DNA of 61,761 bases, the filler included, from Choristocarpus tenellus KU-1152 (Eukaryota > Protista > Phaeophyceae), in assembly GCA_964200185.2 (NCBI GenBank). It is 9 parts of 9 records of this genome, joined end to end, with 100 filler letters (N's around TTAATTAATTAA, not from the genome) between each part and the next. Parts side by side here need not be neighbours in the genome. Positions count along the whole stretch, not along the records: positions 48,714 to 51,763 come from CAXNAD020022679.1; positions 51,864 to 54,868 come from CAXNAD020022997.1; positions 54,969 to 58,845 come from CAXNAD020017431.1; positions 58,946 to 61,761 come from CAXNAD020024504.1; 5 more parts are not named here. One strand, written 5' to 3'. Positions within the stretch are counted from its first letter, which is position 1, and each line of letters begins with the position of its first letter. Under the pieces are notes generated by a model that saw nothing but the letters and a program-made list of their open reading frames with translations, did not search any database and was not told the origin of the DNA. The translations under genes were made by a program, and so were the position numbers. This document shows positions 51,194-61,761 of this stretch, piece after piece.

Positions 51194-52225
51194 CATCTAA
51201 TGGCATGATGAGCAGAAAATTGGATCTCGATAGGTAGCAATGGTGATAGCTATTATCAGTGTCTCAGATTGTTGGGATGGAATGGAAATTGCACGTTGTT
51301 GGGAAAAACAGTAATATTTTGAGTTTTTTCATGAGGGAGCATGTATTGGTACAGAGAGTATGGTAAAACATTTGTGTATGTTGTGTGCAATTAACCTTGG
51401 AAGGTATTGCCGTTTGATCAGTAGTGAAGACAAGAAGGTGTGGAGCCTCACATGACCCACTTTGCTGAATGAGAAAAGAATGGGTGGATGAAACTACAAG
51501 AGTGACCTTGTGGGGTGTGTTTTTGTTGGTTTTTTATTATTATTTCTTGTGTCTCATACATAAGTCAACGGCTATGTCAGGGTAGTTTAAATGCAATACC
51601 ACACCCCATATATGATCCGGATGTACTATCTCATTAGTTACATCACATCGACTAAATCCAATGCCATAATCTCGTATAAACAAAACAGGGTACACTGTCC
51701 TATTTTTGGGGTCAAAGTATCTGGGGGGGGGGGGGGTTGGTTTGTGATGGGGGTCGGAAGAGCNNNNNNNNNNNNNNNNNNNNNNNNNNNNNNNNNNNNN
51801 NNNNNNNTTAATTAATTAANNNNNNNNNNNNNNNNNNNNNNNNNNNNNNNNNNNNNNNNNNNNGTGTAGACCCCCCCCGCCCCCCCCAGATACTTTGGGT
51901 CAGCAGCGGAATAGCCCAACCCAATGCACGAGAAGCAAGGAGTGGAGGGGGGACTGCTAGTCATATTGCAACAATGATACGTGTGACAGGTGGGTGATGC
52001 CTCTGACCACAGGTTGGGACAGGCCCCAGGCTAAAGTGAAGATGATCACAAAATTATAGTTTGCATATGCAATGAATAATAATAGGGCAGAATGCATCCA
52101 GATGCTAACCAAGTTTCACTGCATAATCCATCGCAATTTATATAGTGCACGAAAGAAGCGCAGGCGGCAACGTCTATTTTTCATTTTCATAGGACGTTGA
52201 CCTCACATCATTCATCCGTATCACT

Positions 52226-52485
52226 GAGCCAAAGTATCTTAGAGGGTAGAGCTGCATCCATTTGGGGGTCGAAATGTAATGTTGTGATTTTGATGTAATT
52301 TTGACTATCGTATTTGTTAGGAAGTGTCAATATCTATGTTTCAGACACACCTTTTTATAACATAGACATTTTATCTACTCCGAAACATTTTGGAGTAGGA
52401 AAACGTCATAAAAAAACCCCATGGGAAGCCAAGCCCCAAATGGACAAACAGGGCAAAATTCGTACCCTCTAAGATACTTTCACTC
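52226..52485 (-). mobile_element. MITE family A copy (inverted)
   Basis: GAGCCAAAGTATCTTAGAGGGTA...TACCCTCTAAGATACTTTCACTC and TSD ACT/ACT. Confidence 0.9.
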
Positions 52486-52879
52486 ACTCTCTACCTCCTC
52501 CACGAAAAATAGTGCTAGGAAGTCCATACCATTATTTTTATAAACAGTGTGTACTCTAATGAGATAGCTTGATACCTGCATAGATCTTGATACTCAATTA
52601 TAATGCTCAGGTAGGGCGGATTGGGAGGAAGTTAAGGAAGACCCTCCGGTCGGTGGCCATCTGGCAACAACTCAACTAAGTAGCATGGTGATGGCGGCAC
52701 CATGCGAATCACATCCGAGATCAATGGAAAAGTACCCTGCCAGTATTGTACACTATCTATCTGGGAGGGCTGCTAGTTCCTGCCTCACAGATAACTCAAG
52801 TTGTTCTTCTTTTCTCTTTTTCTTCTCACCACTGTTTTTTATTTTTTTATTTTGTGTTTACTAATGTGTTGTCTCAAGG

Positions 52880-53125
52880 TATTAATTAGTGAGTCAAGGC
52901 AAGTCAGAGTTTTTGGACGTTTTTGCATTTTAATCCATTTTTTTTCAATCTATTTCAATACACCTCTGTTTATATAGATGAAATGGTAAGTTTAACTTGA
53001 GGGGATTAATTTCTCGATCGTTTGAAAGTTTTGGACACAATTCGGAAAATATTTTTGCACATATTTGCAAAAAGAAAGAGCTGAATATTGCAATTATTTG
53101 ACAGCATCCTTAGAAGTGCAGTTGT
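52880..53125. repeat. Dispersed AT-rich repeat (related segments 24050-24290 and 25303-25365)
   Basis: Shared GAGTCAA.G(T/C)AA..GAG..TTTTGG..TTTTGC(A/G)T and CAGCATCCT segments. Confidence 0.5.
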
Positions 53126-53616
53126 GTGTACCTCTCTCATTTCCTTTGGCTCTTAACCTTCTTCTGACTCAGGTCTGAGACCCCTCACAATAATGCAATG
53201 AACAACAATAATAATAATAGTGAAAAAACCATTTGCATGTAAGATCAGAACTGAACAGGAGAGGGGGGAGAGGAGGGGGGATTTATAGTGGATGGAGGCG
53301 GTAATCACATTTTCACAGGTAGTAGTTAGGCACAATGATGCATGCCCCCTGTGAAAAACATGCACACAGCAAGTGCTCGAGCTGTGAGTAGGTGTGGGGG
53401 TAGGGGTGGGTTAAACTTGTCAGTGGGGATTGCCCTTAGGAGGAGAAAATAAGTAACCTCTAGCTTAATTCCCAATTGCTGTGTAGCCTACATTAGGTAG
53501 GTTCCGCACTACACAGCAGTAGAAATAGGGGAGTTACAGAGTCAGTGGAAGGCATTTCTCTGCACCTCTTTTCAATCAAATGATATTCGCATACCACTAA
53601 TGGTGGAAAAAACGAC

Positions 53617-54779
53617 CTCTCAGTGCTGTACAACATTGGAACACCCATAGCCAGATGGAGTCCCTTGCCAAGAGGACAACCATAACTGGGGGAGGGAGGA
53701 ACTAAAGAGGAGATCTCAGACCGTAGGAGGCCATAGCTGGTGAGAGGACAAAAGCTGTCTTGTTGATTCAGATTCCCTGTGGTACATACACATGAGGGTG
53801 AATACATAGGCAAGGTGCAGACACTATACCCCCCCCCAGGGATACCAAGTGTCACGACCTTTCTCAAGCCAACACTTCAGCTTCCATGGAGCTCGCATCG
53901 TCAAAGCTGTAGACAACGCCATCCTCAGAAATAGAAAAAACCAGGACCTACTGCATAGTATATGCTACATTATTACAGTACTCCTACTGTAGGAGGTTAC
54001 TGGGCACAGGCAGAGCAAGAGCCTAAGTGGACTTCATCATAGTACACAGTGATCCTCACAGTACTCCTAGGATATTACTTCAACAATGTTGGAGTCACCA
54101 GTGCATGAGAACTACCCCCACAACTTACAAACGCCATCTCACCTCCAACTACACTGTATTAATAACATTATAAAAAAACAAAACATATATATATATATAC
54201 TAGAAAAAAAAAAGGCGAGACCTGTAGGAGCAACCAACAAGCAACAGGACACCACTGAAAGAAATGGATCAACCACCAAGCAGTCAATCTTGGGTTCTAC
54301 TAACTAACTCGATGTTAACCCACACAAACTTCCAGCGAAAGCAACCCATGAACAAACCAAGCAATGCTGAGAAAACCCGTATAGTAACTGCCACTGCTAG
54401 GATCCGACCATGGATATCTCATCCAGTCTCCTTTCATGAGTACACCAACGGAGCCTCGCCATGCCAAGGAATGAAAACCCTTTTAAGGCAGGAAAATCAT
54501 CTAGGTCCTACTACTTAATTCACTACAAAAAAACAAAAAAAAATGTACCGCTCCCGCCTCAGCAACAGTTACAACAGTTACAAAAAACACTAGTTCAGTC
54601 AGTCTCAACATTCTAAAAAATTTTGTTTTGTTTGGACGATCTCCTTCTTAATCAAACTCTGGTCAACAACTCTTTATAAACAAGAACAATAAAAAATTAT
54701 CCAATTAGCACTCAAAAACAAACAAAAAAAACAAACAAAAAACAAACAAAAAAACTAACAAACAAACAAATGCGGATCG

Positions 54780-54810
<31 letters not shown>

Positions 54811-56608
54811 ACCCACCCCCGCACCCCCCCCCACCCCCCCCCACACCAACCCACAAAGACAAAACAAANNNNNNNNNNNNNNNNNNNNNNNNNNNNNNNN
54901 NNNNNNNNNNNNTTAATTAATTAANNNNNNNNNNNNNNNNNNNNNNNNNNNNNNNNNNNNNNNNNNNNTTAATGTTGCGCCACCCCCCTGATCCTCCCTT
55001 TTTCCCCCCCCCCCCCTCTTTCCATCGTACTTCCCACCCGGTTATTGCCCCCCCCCCCCCCCCCAGATACTTTGGGTCACAACTGACTCACCCTTGATTT
55101 AATTCACCGCCCGTTATTCCATGTGTGAAGCCTATATGCAGTATAGCAGTAATTGGCAATAGCCAGCCACTCTTCTGCAGGGTACTGTCTGATAACTGGA
55201 CAACGCTGTGCATGCATCGTACGAGGCATGCTGCAAGTATAAATAGCAGAGAGTGGTGTGGAAGCTTCACTATTGCTCCTTCCAGGCAGCAGAGTCCAAA
55301 AATTGCCAGCAGGGACCATGAGGAGATTCTAAAATCCCAGATTACCAACAGCGTTGATTCAGCCTTGCTTAATTTTCTCAGAAGGCAAGGCAGCGTCAAG
55401 AACAATGAAGGCATTAAGACACAATTCACATTTTGTCTTGCATATGATGATCCATCTGCAATGAATAGAGGAAAAAGGGAAGGGGATAACCTGACCTCTT
55501 TAACCCTGTTATCTTGGCATAATGCTATGTCAAAGCTTCTCCATATGATTGGTACTAGGTGAGCGGCAGTAACATTTCGACAAAGGTGCAATATCTTCCT
55601 CCTAGCACCCAGGACACAGCTAAAGGGCACACAAGGTGTGTACCCCTTCTCTATGCCGAGTCATTCCCTTCACCACACCATCCAATAGCCCATGAGAAAC
55701 ATACACACAGCAAGTGCATCAGTGCCAATGGAAAAATGTTTTTGTGGCTAGCCATAAGGGGCAGATGTGATGTCCTTCAAATATCAGGTCCAAAAGACAG
55801 ACACAACAGGGAACAACACTTATATGGTGTAAAGTCCAGACAACCGACACAAGTACAAGAAGGGAAATACTTCAATATGATCCTGAGGAAGGTAGTCTGT
55901 CTCAGTATTCTTCAGGGTTTGTGACAGCAGCTCTTGTACCACTATATTCACACCCATGTTTTCCATAAGGAGCAATTACCCAGTCCAAAAACTAAGCAAG
56001 ACTGGTTAAGTATGATCAAGGATTCATTCTTACCTTTGTCTTCTAGCCCATAAACCGAGAGTATTTGAGGCAATTCACGTTTGAGTTCGTAAAGGTCATG
56101 ACTATTCCCAGGATACTAAGAAGTTCAATTCAAAAAAGAAGAAATTCAAACGCAGAAGTGATTACTCCATTGTCAAAAAAAGTATCAATGTCAATTATCC
56201 TGTTCTTGATGGGAACATTAACCACAATAAAGCTAGTGCTGCTATCCTGCTCCCGTGGGAAAAAGTCAAAGAGAATATTTCACTCTGAATGTGCTATATA
56301 ACGAAATTGCCTTAATGAGTATGCATTAGAGGTTTTCAAAACACTATGTGTGTGGGCTGTCAACATTATTATGACCTGTAGCCACTAGATATAAAACATC
56401 TTGTACTAAGGTATATATTGTGGTTCATATGGCACAGCCATGAGTAAAAAAAATAACCATAAGACATAAGAACAAAACACTGGAGTTCTACAATAGTGGG
56501 TGCCAAATTGAATGCATAGGAGTACATAGCATTACTTTGCCAATTGGAAGGCAAGAACCCAGCAGGGAGAGAAGTAGGGTAATAGATCCACTTCCCAAGT
56601 TCAAGTCA
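53617..56608 (-). CDS. Unidentified multi-exon protein-coding gene (partial model)
   Basis: Phase-compatible exons 56608-56536 (DLNLGSGSITLLLSLLGSCLPIGK), 56115-56034 (YPGNSHDLYELKRELPQILSVYGLEDK) and ~55941-55871 (VQELLSQTLKNTETDYLPQDHIE). Further open exons lie in 55600-55091 and, across a linker, ~53947-53858 and 53777-53617. Leu-rich; no recognisable domain. Confidence 0.45.
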
Positions 56609-56850
56609 CTACAAAGACCAACATGGCAGAATAACTGTGCAATTGTTAACCAGAAACATATATTCAAGCATGAGCTCAAAGAAATGGATCAATCTCTAGC
56701 AACAAAACCTAGACAATACGGCACCTTGCTATGATCAAATCTTCTCAATACAATGGAAAGTATGAAGCACCAGTACCTACCTATCCTTTGCTCAGAATGC
56801 ACCCTCTATGAAATCGCACTATAAACCGTGTATCCAAACTTGAGGAAAAA

Positions 56851-58059
56851 TTATTGAGGGGTGAGTTCGATTCGGGATCGTGTGAACTGTACCGCAGGTT
56901 TAATCAGTCTTCCACAGCAACAGGTAATCCCTTTCAGGCTCCACGATCCTAACTTGTTTCCACATAGTCCATCACGTCCCCAGCACCTAATTTTACCCGT
57001 ACCATTTCCACAGGTCAACTCTACTCCTTTCCCTGCAATGCCAAGCTGTGGCAACACCTCAGTAAAAACACATGCACAGTTTGAGTAAATCGCGTCACCC
57101 TCACCCTCATCCGTGAGATGCTTCTGGTTAGCACTTCTGGCCTTTGAAGATCTCTTACCACCATGCCCTACTCTCGTCTCACACCTCAAGGCGAATGCTG
57201 ACTCACCAGTTGAAAAATGAGCATATCCTGCGGAGGCAGTCCCAATACTTCTATTTTCAAGTCTTGAACATGCTTCGTATGTTGTGTCTGAAACAGACAG
57301 GCAAATTGGGTGCATATGATCAATAACATTCGCTTCAGTAAAAAGCTTTGTCCGACAGGCCTTGCAGCGATATTGCCGAAGGAGACGTTTGACATTCCCT
57401 ACCCCCAACACAAACCGTCGTTCCGCATCGTCACTGTCCCAAATGCACCGTTTGCAAACCGTGTCTTGACAATTCAATAAAAATTCACGGGGTGCGTTTT
57501 TCTTGGTTGCCCACACGAACCATCGAAACGTCGCACCCGCCTTGGCTTGTCTCATGGTGGGTATCCCCTGGAAGGTCTCTTTTGCTGAGAGCCATGATGC
57601 CGTCCCCACTTGACAGCCCATGTCGGCATAGAGCTGCAACTGCGCTCGGAACCCAGGATTGATGTGGACAATTGACCGCGCTGCGTGTATAATAGCGAGG
57701 GATTCGCCCAAACCAATGCCAGAAGTCATTAGGAAGGCTGCCAGAACGGCTGCGCTCCTGCTTTGGCCATAAACACAATGAACAAGAACTGCCTCGCCTC
57801 TCTCTAGTCCACTCTGGATGAAGGAAACACAGGAGTCGAGGTGTGCAATAAGGTTCTCAGAAGGGAGATCCAACACCTCTACCACCAGATATCGCAAGTC
57901 TGCCTGTCCCTCATGAAATGGCAGAGACCCCAGGCAAACAACATGCCTAATCGAGTGTTGACGCATCAGCTCCAATTTCTTGGCCGCCTCCTGACTGCCG
58001 ATGTACACATCCGCCCCATTCTCCCCACACAAAATTCGGTGAAACTGGTCGTCTCCCAT
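56851..58059 (-). CDS. DUSP12: Dual-specificity phosphatase of the DUSP12/Yvh1 family, intronless, 402 aa from MGDDQF
   Basis: DSP domain (VYIGSQEAA...VLDLPSENLIAHLDSCVSFI...VLVHCVYGQSRSAA...INPGFRAQLQLY) with intact CX5R. C-terminal Yvh1-type zinc-binding domain YRCKACRTKLF...GKIRC...CGNKLGSW..GITCCCG..IKPA..F.RSRI. Confidence 0.92.
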   Translation of the reverse strand: MGDDQFHRILCGENGADVYIGSQEAAKKLELMRQHSIRHVVCLGSLPFHEGQADLRYLVVEVLDLPSENLIAHLDSCVSFIQSGLERGEAVLVHCVYGQSRSAAVLAAFLMTSGIGLGESLAIIHAARSIVHINPGFRAQLQLYADMGCQVGTASWLSAKETFQGIPTMRQAKAGATFRWFVWATKKNAPREFLLNCQDTVCKRCIWDSDDAERRFVLGVGNVKRLLRQYRCKACRTKLFTEANVIDHMHPICLSVSDTTYEACSRLENRSIGTASAGYAHFSTGESAFALRCETRVGHGGKRSSKARSANQKHLTDEGEGDAIYSNCACVFTEVLPQLGIAGKGVELTCGNGTGKIRCWGRDGLCGNKLGSWSLKGITCCCGRLIKPAVQFTRSRIELTPQ

Positions 58060-58463
58060 CGTCGCAAACCCAACAGAACATGTGATAAGGGGACAACTTA
58101 TATAGAGAGACTTGAAACCCAAAAACAATACAATAACGATATCATTCAGTGTTCTCGATATATTGAAATAAGACAGATATACTGTTACTGATATTTTCAA
58201 CAGTTTGTATTGGGAGATGATTCACTAAAGGGAAACTTTATGAAGTAATCTGAGTTTTGTGGGCGGAAGAATTCTGGTTGGTTGGGGGCACAGGGCAAGG
58301 AAGGGGACAGTAAAGAAATAGAAGTATTAAGGAGGGGACGAAGAGTTAAGATTGAGTGGTTAAGAAAATAGGTGGCAGACGGAGGCACAGGGGGAGAAGG
58401 AATGAACAGTATTGAATCGAATGAGGAAGCCTGAGGCTGGGGGACAAGACGAGGAAGGCTAGA

Positions 58464-58845
58464 TCAAGAAGACCCCGAGCAAGCTTTCCCGCCCACCCGC
58501 CCTGTCGCTTGCTCACGAACGACTTGGATCTCAGGGTGGGAGGGGAGGTCAAGTTCGGGCGGGGTAGATGTCTTGTAGCTCAAAGGCACGGTATGAAGGG
58601 GATGATGAAGGGGAGTTCTTGGATGATTGTGGAGTGGTGTTGAGTGGTGTTGAATGGTGTGGTGAAGTGAAAAGTGGGGTGGGGTTGACTGGAGTGGTAA
58701 CTGGTGTGGGGTTGACTGGAATGGTAAGTGGGGTGGGGTTGACTGAAGTGGTAACTGGTGTGGGGTTGAGTGGGGTTGAAAGGGGTGGTAGAGACCGGAA
58801 ATCAGTGGCGAAAGGGATCGCACTGGTTGGTCATCGGATAGGAGG
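58464..58845. repeat. Inverted copy of the 49399-50090 repeat with GGGGTTGACTGGAGTGGTAA subrepeats
   Basis: The reverse complement shares CACCCGCC..TGTCGCTTGCTCACGA, CCAAGAAC.CCC.TCATC and ACTGGTTGGTCA with 49745-50060. Confidence 0.75.
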
Positions 58846-60655
58846 NNNNNNNNNNNNNNNNNNNNNNNNNNNNNNNNNNNNNNNNNNNNTTAATTAATTA
58901 ANNNNNNNNNNNNNNNNNNNNNNNNNNNNNNNNNNNNNNNNNNNNAAAATGCAAACAATAGGAAATTCTGTAATAGAAGGAAAGACGGCAAAAATAATGT
59001 AGTGAAGACAAGTAACACCAGCATGCGATTCGCGTACAATGAAAAAAAGAACTACGAAGGACCCGGGGGAAAGAGCAAGAGACACAAAAGGAAATAGAAG
59101 GTACAAAGAAGATGAAATAACACGGGGAAAGCGAAAAAGAAAGACACACGACATAATCCGCATCTCCTGAACGACCGCAAAATATTCGATGGGCACACGG
59201 ACGGACTGATAACGACCATGGCGGATTGCAATAGTCTCCCGCAATGCACCCCGTATTTCAGTGCTGGCGAACTCTGCAACTCACTGTGTAGGCGGTGTGC
59301 TTGCGCGGCCCACGGGTGGGGCACAAATAGCACGATATGGTGCCCTGAGGATGTATCTTCACCTGCAAGCACTTAACCACCTGGCGCAAGTGTGTGTTGG
59401 TCGCCTCTTCGTCGTTGACAAGTCTTGGCTCGGCGGCAATGGACACTATGGCGAGCTTTGGCGCGTTGCGGAAGGCAAAGTCTTTCAGGCAGTCTAAGGG
59501 TATCGTAGGGTTGAGAGGGCGAAGGTCGTGTAGTGCATTGTTCTCAGTCGTGGTTGGACATCATGACACACGACACAGACAGATAGCACGACAAGAAGGA
59601 ATGGTGAATCAATTTTGAAAGGGTTACACTTTAGAGATGTTCGAGGGAAATGCACCAATTTACTTAGGTAGTGTCCTTCGACACAAGATATCAATTTGAA
59701 ATTGACATTTTTTTTTTACACACACACAGTGAATGCCCAATAATGTGGGAACGTTATGGTCACAATGCGCAACATAACCGGTGTTAGGTTGTTGAGTGTC
59801 ACCAAAGTTATTGCATATCGTCGAAAACGATCCAAGCGTTCGATATGAGCATCAACAGTGACGTTTTCTTGGGCTTGAGATCTTCGAATTTGGTCGTGCT
59901 TGAGGTTCGGTTTCCAACCAGTTTTCAATTTCAGAGTATGCTACAGGATACCCTCTAAATATGTGGAAATATTTCGTGTTCTGTTCATGCTCTCTTTAGG
60001 TGTGATGCAATAGCAGAAAAATTGTCAATGGCCGCGAGATGTGCATGTTGAATTATTTATTTAACAGTAGGACTGGAATTGGAATTTGTACTATCTATGC
60101 ATTATTTTGTGCGAATTTGCTGAAACGGTTATTGATTTCCACGTTGGAGATTCGATCATTGGTCATTGTGGGGGAATGGAGGTTGTGCTTCACGTCTTGG
60201 AGGGTAGAATGACGAGGTATGGACTATGGTGTGGTTAGGGAAAAGGGACAATTAAATTCCAAAGCATTTCCATATCTGAACGTAGTCTTTGCCCTTCTAT
60301 GTTTGTTGGTCGAGGTGGAATGTGCTTGTGAGGCAAACCATTGTCTCACAACAATTGATGCCTGGGTTTTAACCTCTTTAAATATGAACACATAGATGAG
60401 TGTGATGGTAACGGGTACACATGTGTAAACGATGCATGTCTGTGGAGTGATGGGTGCGTACATTGCAATAGCGCTTCAACTTATGCGTGTGCATAATTTG
60501 GGTTAGGGTTGCTGCATGTTTATCTTGTCCAAGACATACCTACCCATCACATCGGGGAGAGTAAAGGGGTGGGAAAAGGATCATTGCTGGTCGTCCAACA
60601 CTTGTGTAATAGAGTTATATGTAGGATCACGTCTCCGCAAGGTTTCACACTTGGA

Positions 60656-60910
60656 TAGGGTTACTGTGAGTGGAAGAAAAACGGGAGTAATGAAGGTTTT
60701 GATATTTGCTTATGGTTTCCGTGAGTAGAAAAATTCGGGAGTGTCAAAGGTTTCGTATTTAGTTAGGGTTCCTGTGAGTCGAGAAAATCGGGAGGGATAG
60801 AAGTTTCATATTTTTTTAGGGTTTGTGTGAGTGGAAAAAAACGAGACTGGTGAAGGTTTCATATTCGTTAAGGGTTTCTGTGAGTGGAGAAAAAAGAGGC
60901 TGCTGAAGGA
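60656..60910. repeat. Minisatellite, ~5 copies of a ~52-56 bp unit
   Basis: Unit consensus TAGGGTTyCTGTGAGTGGArAAAAnCGGGAG..GAAGGTTTCATATT, starting near 60656, 60712, 60763, 60817 and 60869. Confidence 0.85.
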
Positions 60911-60985
60911 CAGAAGAGGGGAGGGTGATGCATGTGATAGTCGGATTTGCTAGTGACATCATCAACGAACAATGGGTTGAGTACG

Positions 60986-61174
60986 GAGCGAAAGTATCCT
61001 AGAGGGTACGGTTTTGCCCTGTTTGTCCTTTGGGGCTTGGCTTCCAACAGGTTTTAAATATATTATACCTAACCCAAAATGTTTCGGAGTGGGTAGCATG
61101 CATACGTTACAAAAAGGTTAGTCCGGAACAAGGACATTGACATCTCCCAACAAAGACTATAGCCAAAATTACTC
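60986..61174 (+). mobile_element. MITE family A copy (3'-truncated)
   Basis: GAGCGAAAGTATCCTAGAGGGTACG left end plus homologous body. Confidence 0.8.
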
Positions 61175-61502
61175 ACTAGTGTTCATTGATTCGTGTCATG
61201 TTCTAGACACGCTTGCTATACCGAAGACAAGTAAGTAAGTGATTCATAGTAAAGTACGTGAGGGGGATTGATTAAGCAACATTTGTCACGGGCGGTATCC
61301 ACGGAGAGTAGTGACGGGATTCATCTTGTACGCATGCTCATGAATGGTCCGTACATAGGATTTACATATTATACTATATGTGAACCTCACCTCCTGTTCA
61401 CCTTCAAAGGTATGGTGCCAATGAGTGCTTGGCCAGGGCCTCTCTCCTTGATTGGGGTAATGACTGGATAGGGTGAGCACGTCGAAAACCAGACAGGGGA
61501 AA

Positions 61503-61716
61503 GAGTGAAAGTATCTTAGAGGGTGCGAGGTTTGCCCAGTTTGTCCATTTGGGGCTTGGCTTCCCACGGGTTTTTTTGTGTGACGATTTCCTACTCCAAA
61601 ATGTTTAGGAGTAGGTAAAATGTGTATGTTATGAAAAGGTGTGTCCGGAACAAGGATGTTGGCATTTCCTAACAAACATGATAGCCGAAATTTCATCAAA
61701 ATCGCAACATTAGGTT
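61503..61716 (+). mobile_element. MITE family A copy interrupted by a family B end at 61717
   Basis: GAGTGAAAGTATCTTAGAGGG left TIR and full body up to ATCGCAACATT, then GGGTCAAAGTATCTGGGGGG. Confidence 0.85.
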
Positions 61717-61761
61717 GGGTCAAAGTATCTGGGGGGGGAGGTGTCGGCGTCCGTTTTTCAC

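Noticed and set aside
58060-58200. Hydrophobic N-terminal extension of DUSP12 in the ORF track
   Set aside because: It starts at TTG. The first in-frame ATG (58059) coincides with the start of the phosphatase domain.
60656-60910. CRISPR-like array
   Set aside because: The whole unit is repeated, with no unique spacers.
61286-61723. 145-aa ORF and similar ORFs at 20685, 50877 and 50911
   Set aside because: These are chance translations of MITE family A.

Overview
Intron-rich eukaryotic DNA from a fragmented assembly. Nine contigs are joined by eight artificial 100-nt linkers (44 N + TTAATTAATTAA + 44 N), so adjacency across them is not guaranteed. Gene and transposon content and scattered TTAGGG tracts suggest a stramenopile, possibly a brown alga (inference only). 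Host genes: the 3' exons of a Tul1/FLY-type RING-H2 E3 ligase, a PX-domain protein, a kelch-repeat protein, a myristoylated EF-hand/TLDc (MEAK7/TLDC1-like) protein, an intronless DUSP12/Yvh1 phosphatase and an unidentified multi-exon gene. Mobile elements: decayed Ty3/Gypsy, Ty1/Copia, DIRS-like tyrosine-recombinase and pogo-like elements, solo LTRs, two related MITE families and a tRNA-derived SINE. The most striking item, largely missed by the ORF track, lies at 14457-21525. Five 84-90-nt phase-1/phase-1 exons each encode exactly one GGA(I/L/V)...FxxN polymorphic-membrane-protein (Pmp) beta-helix repeat, and their flanking intron sequence is homologous. This looks like an exon-cassette system able to diversify a surface protein. 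GC-AG introns also appear unusually frequent.
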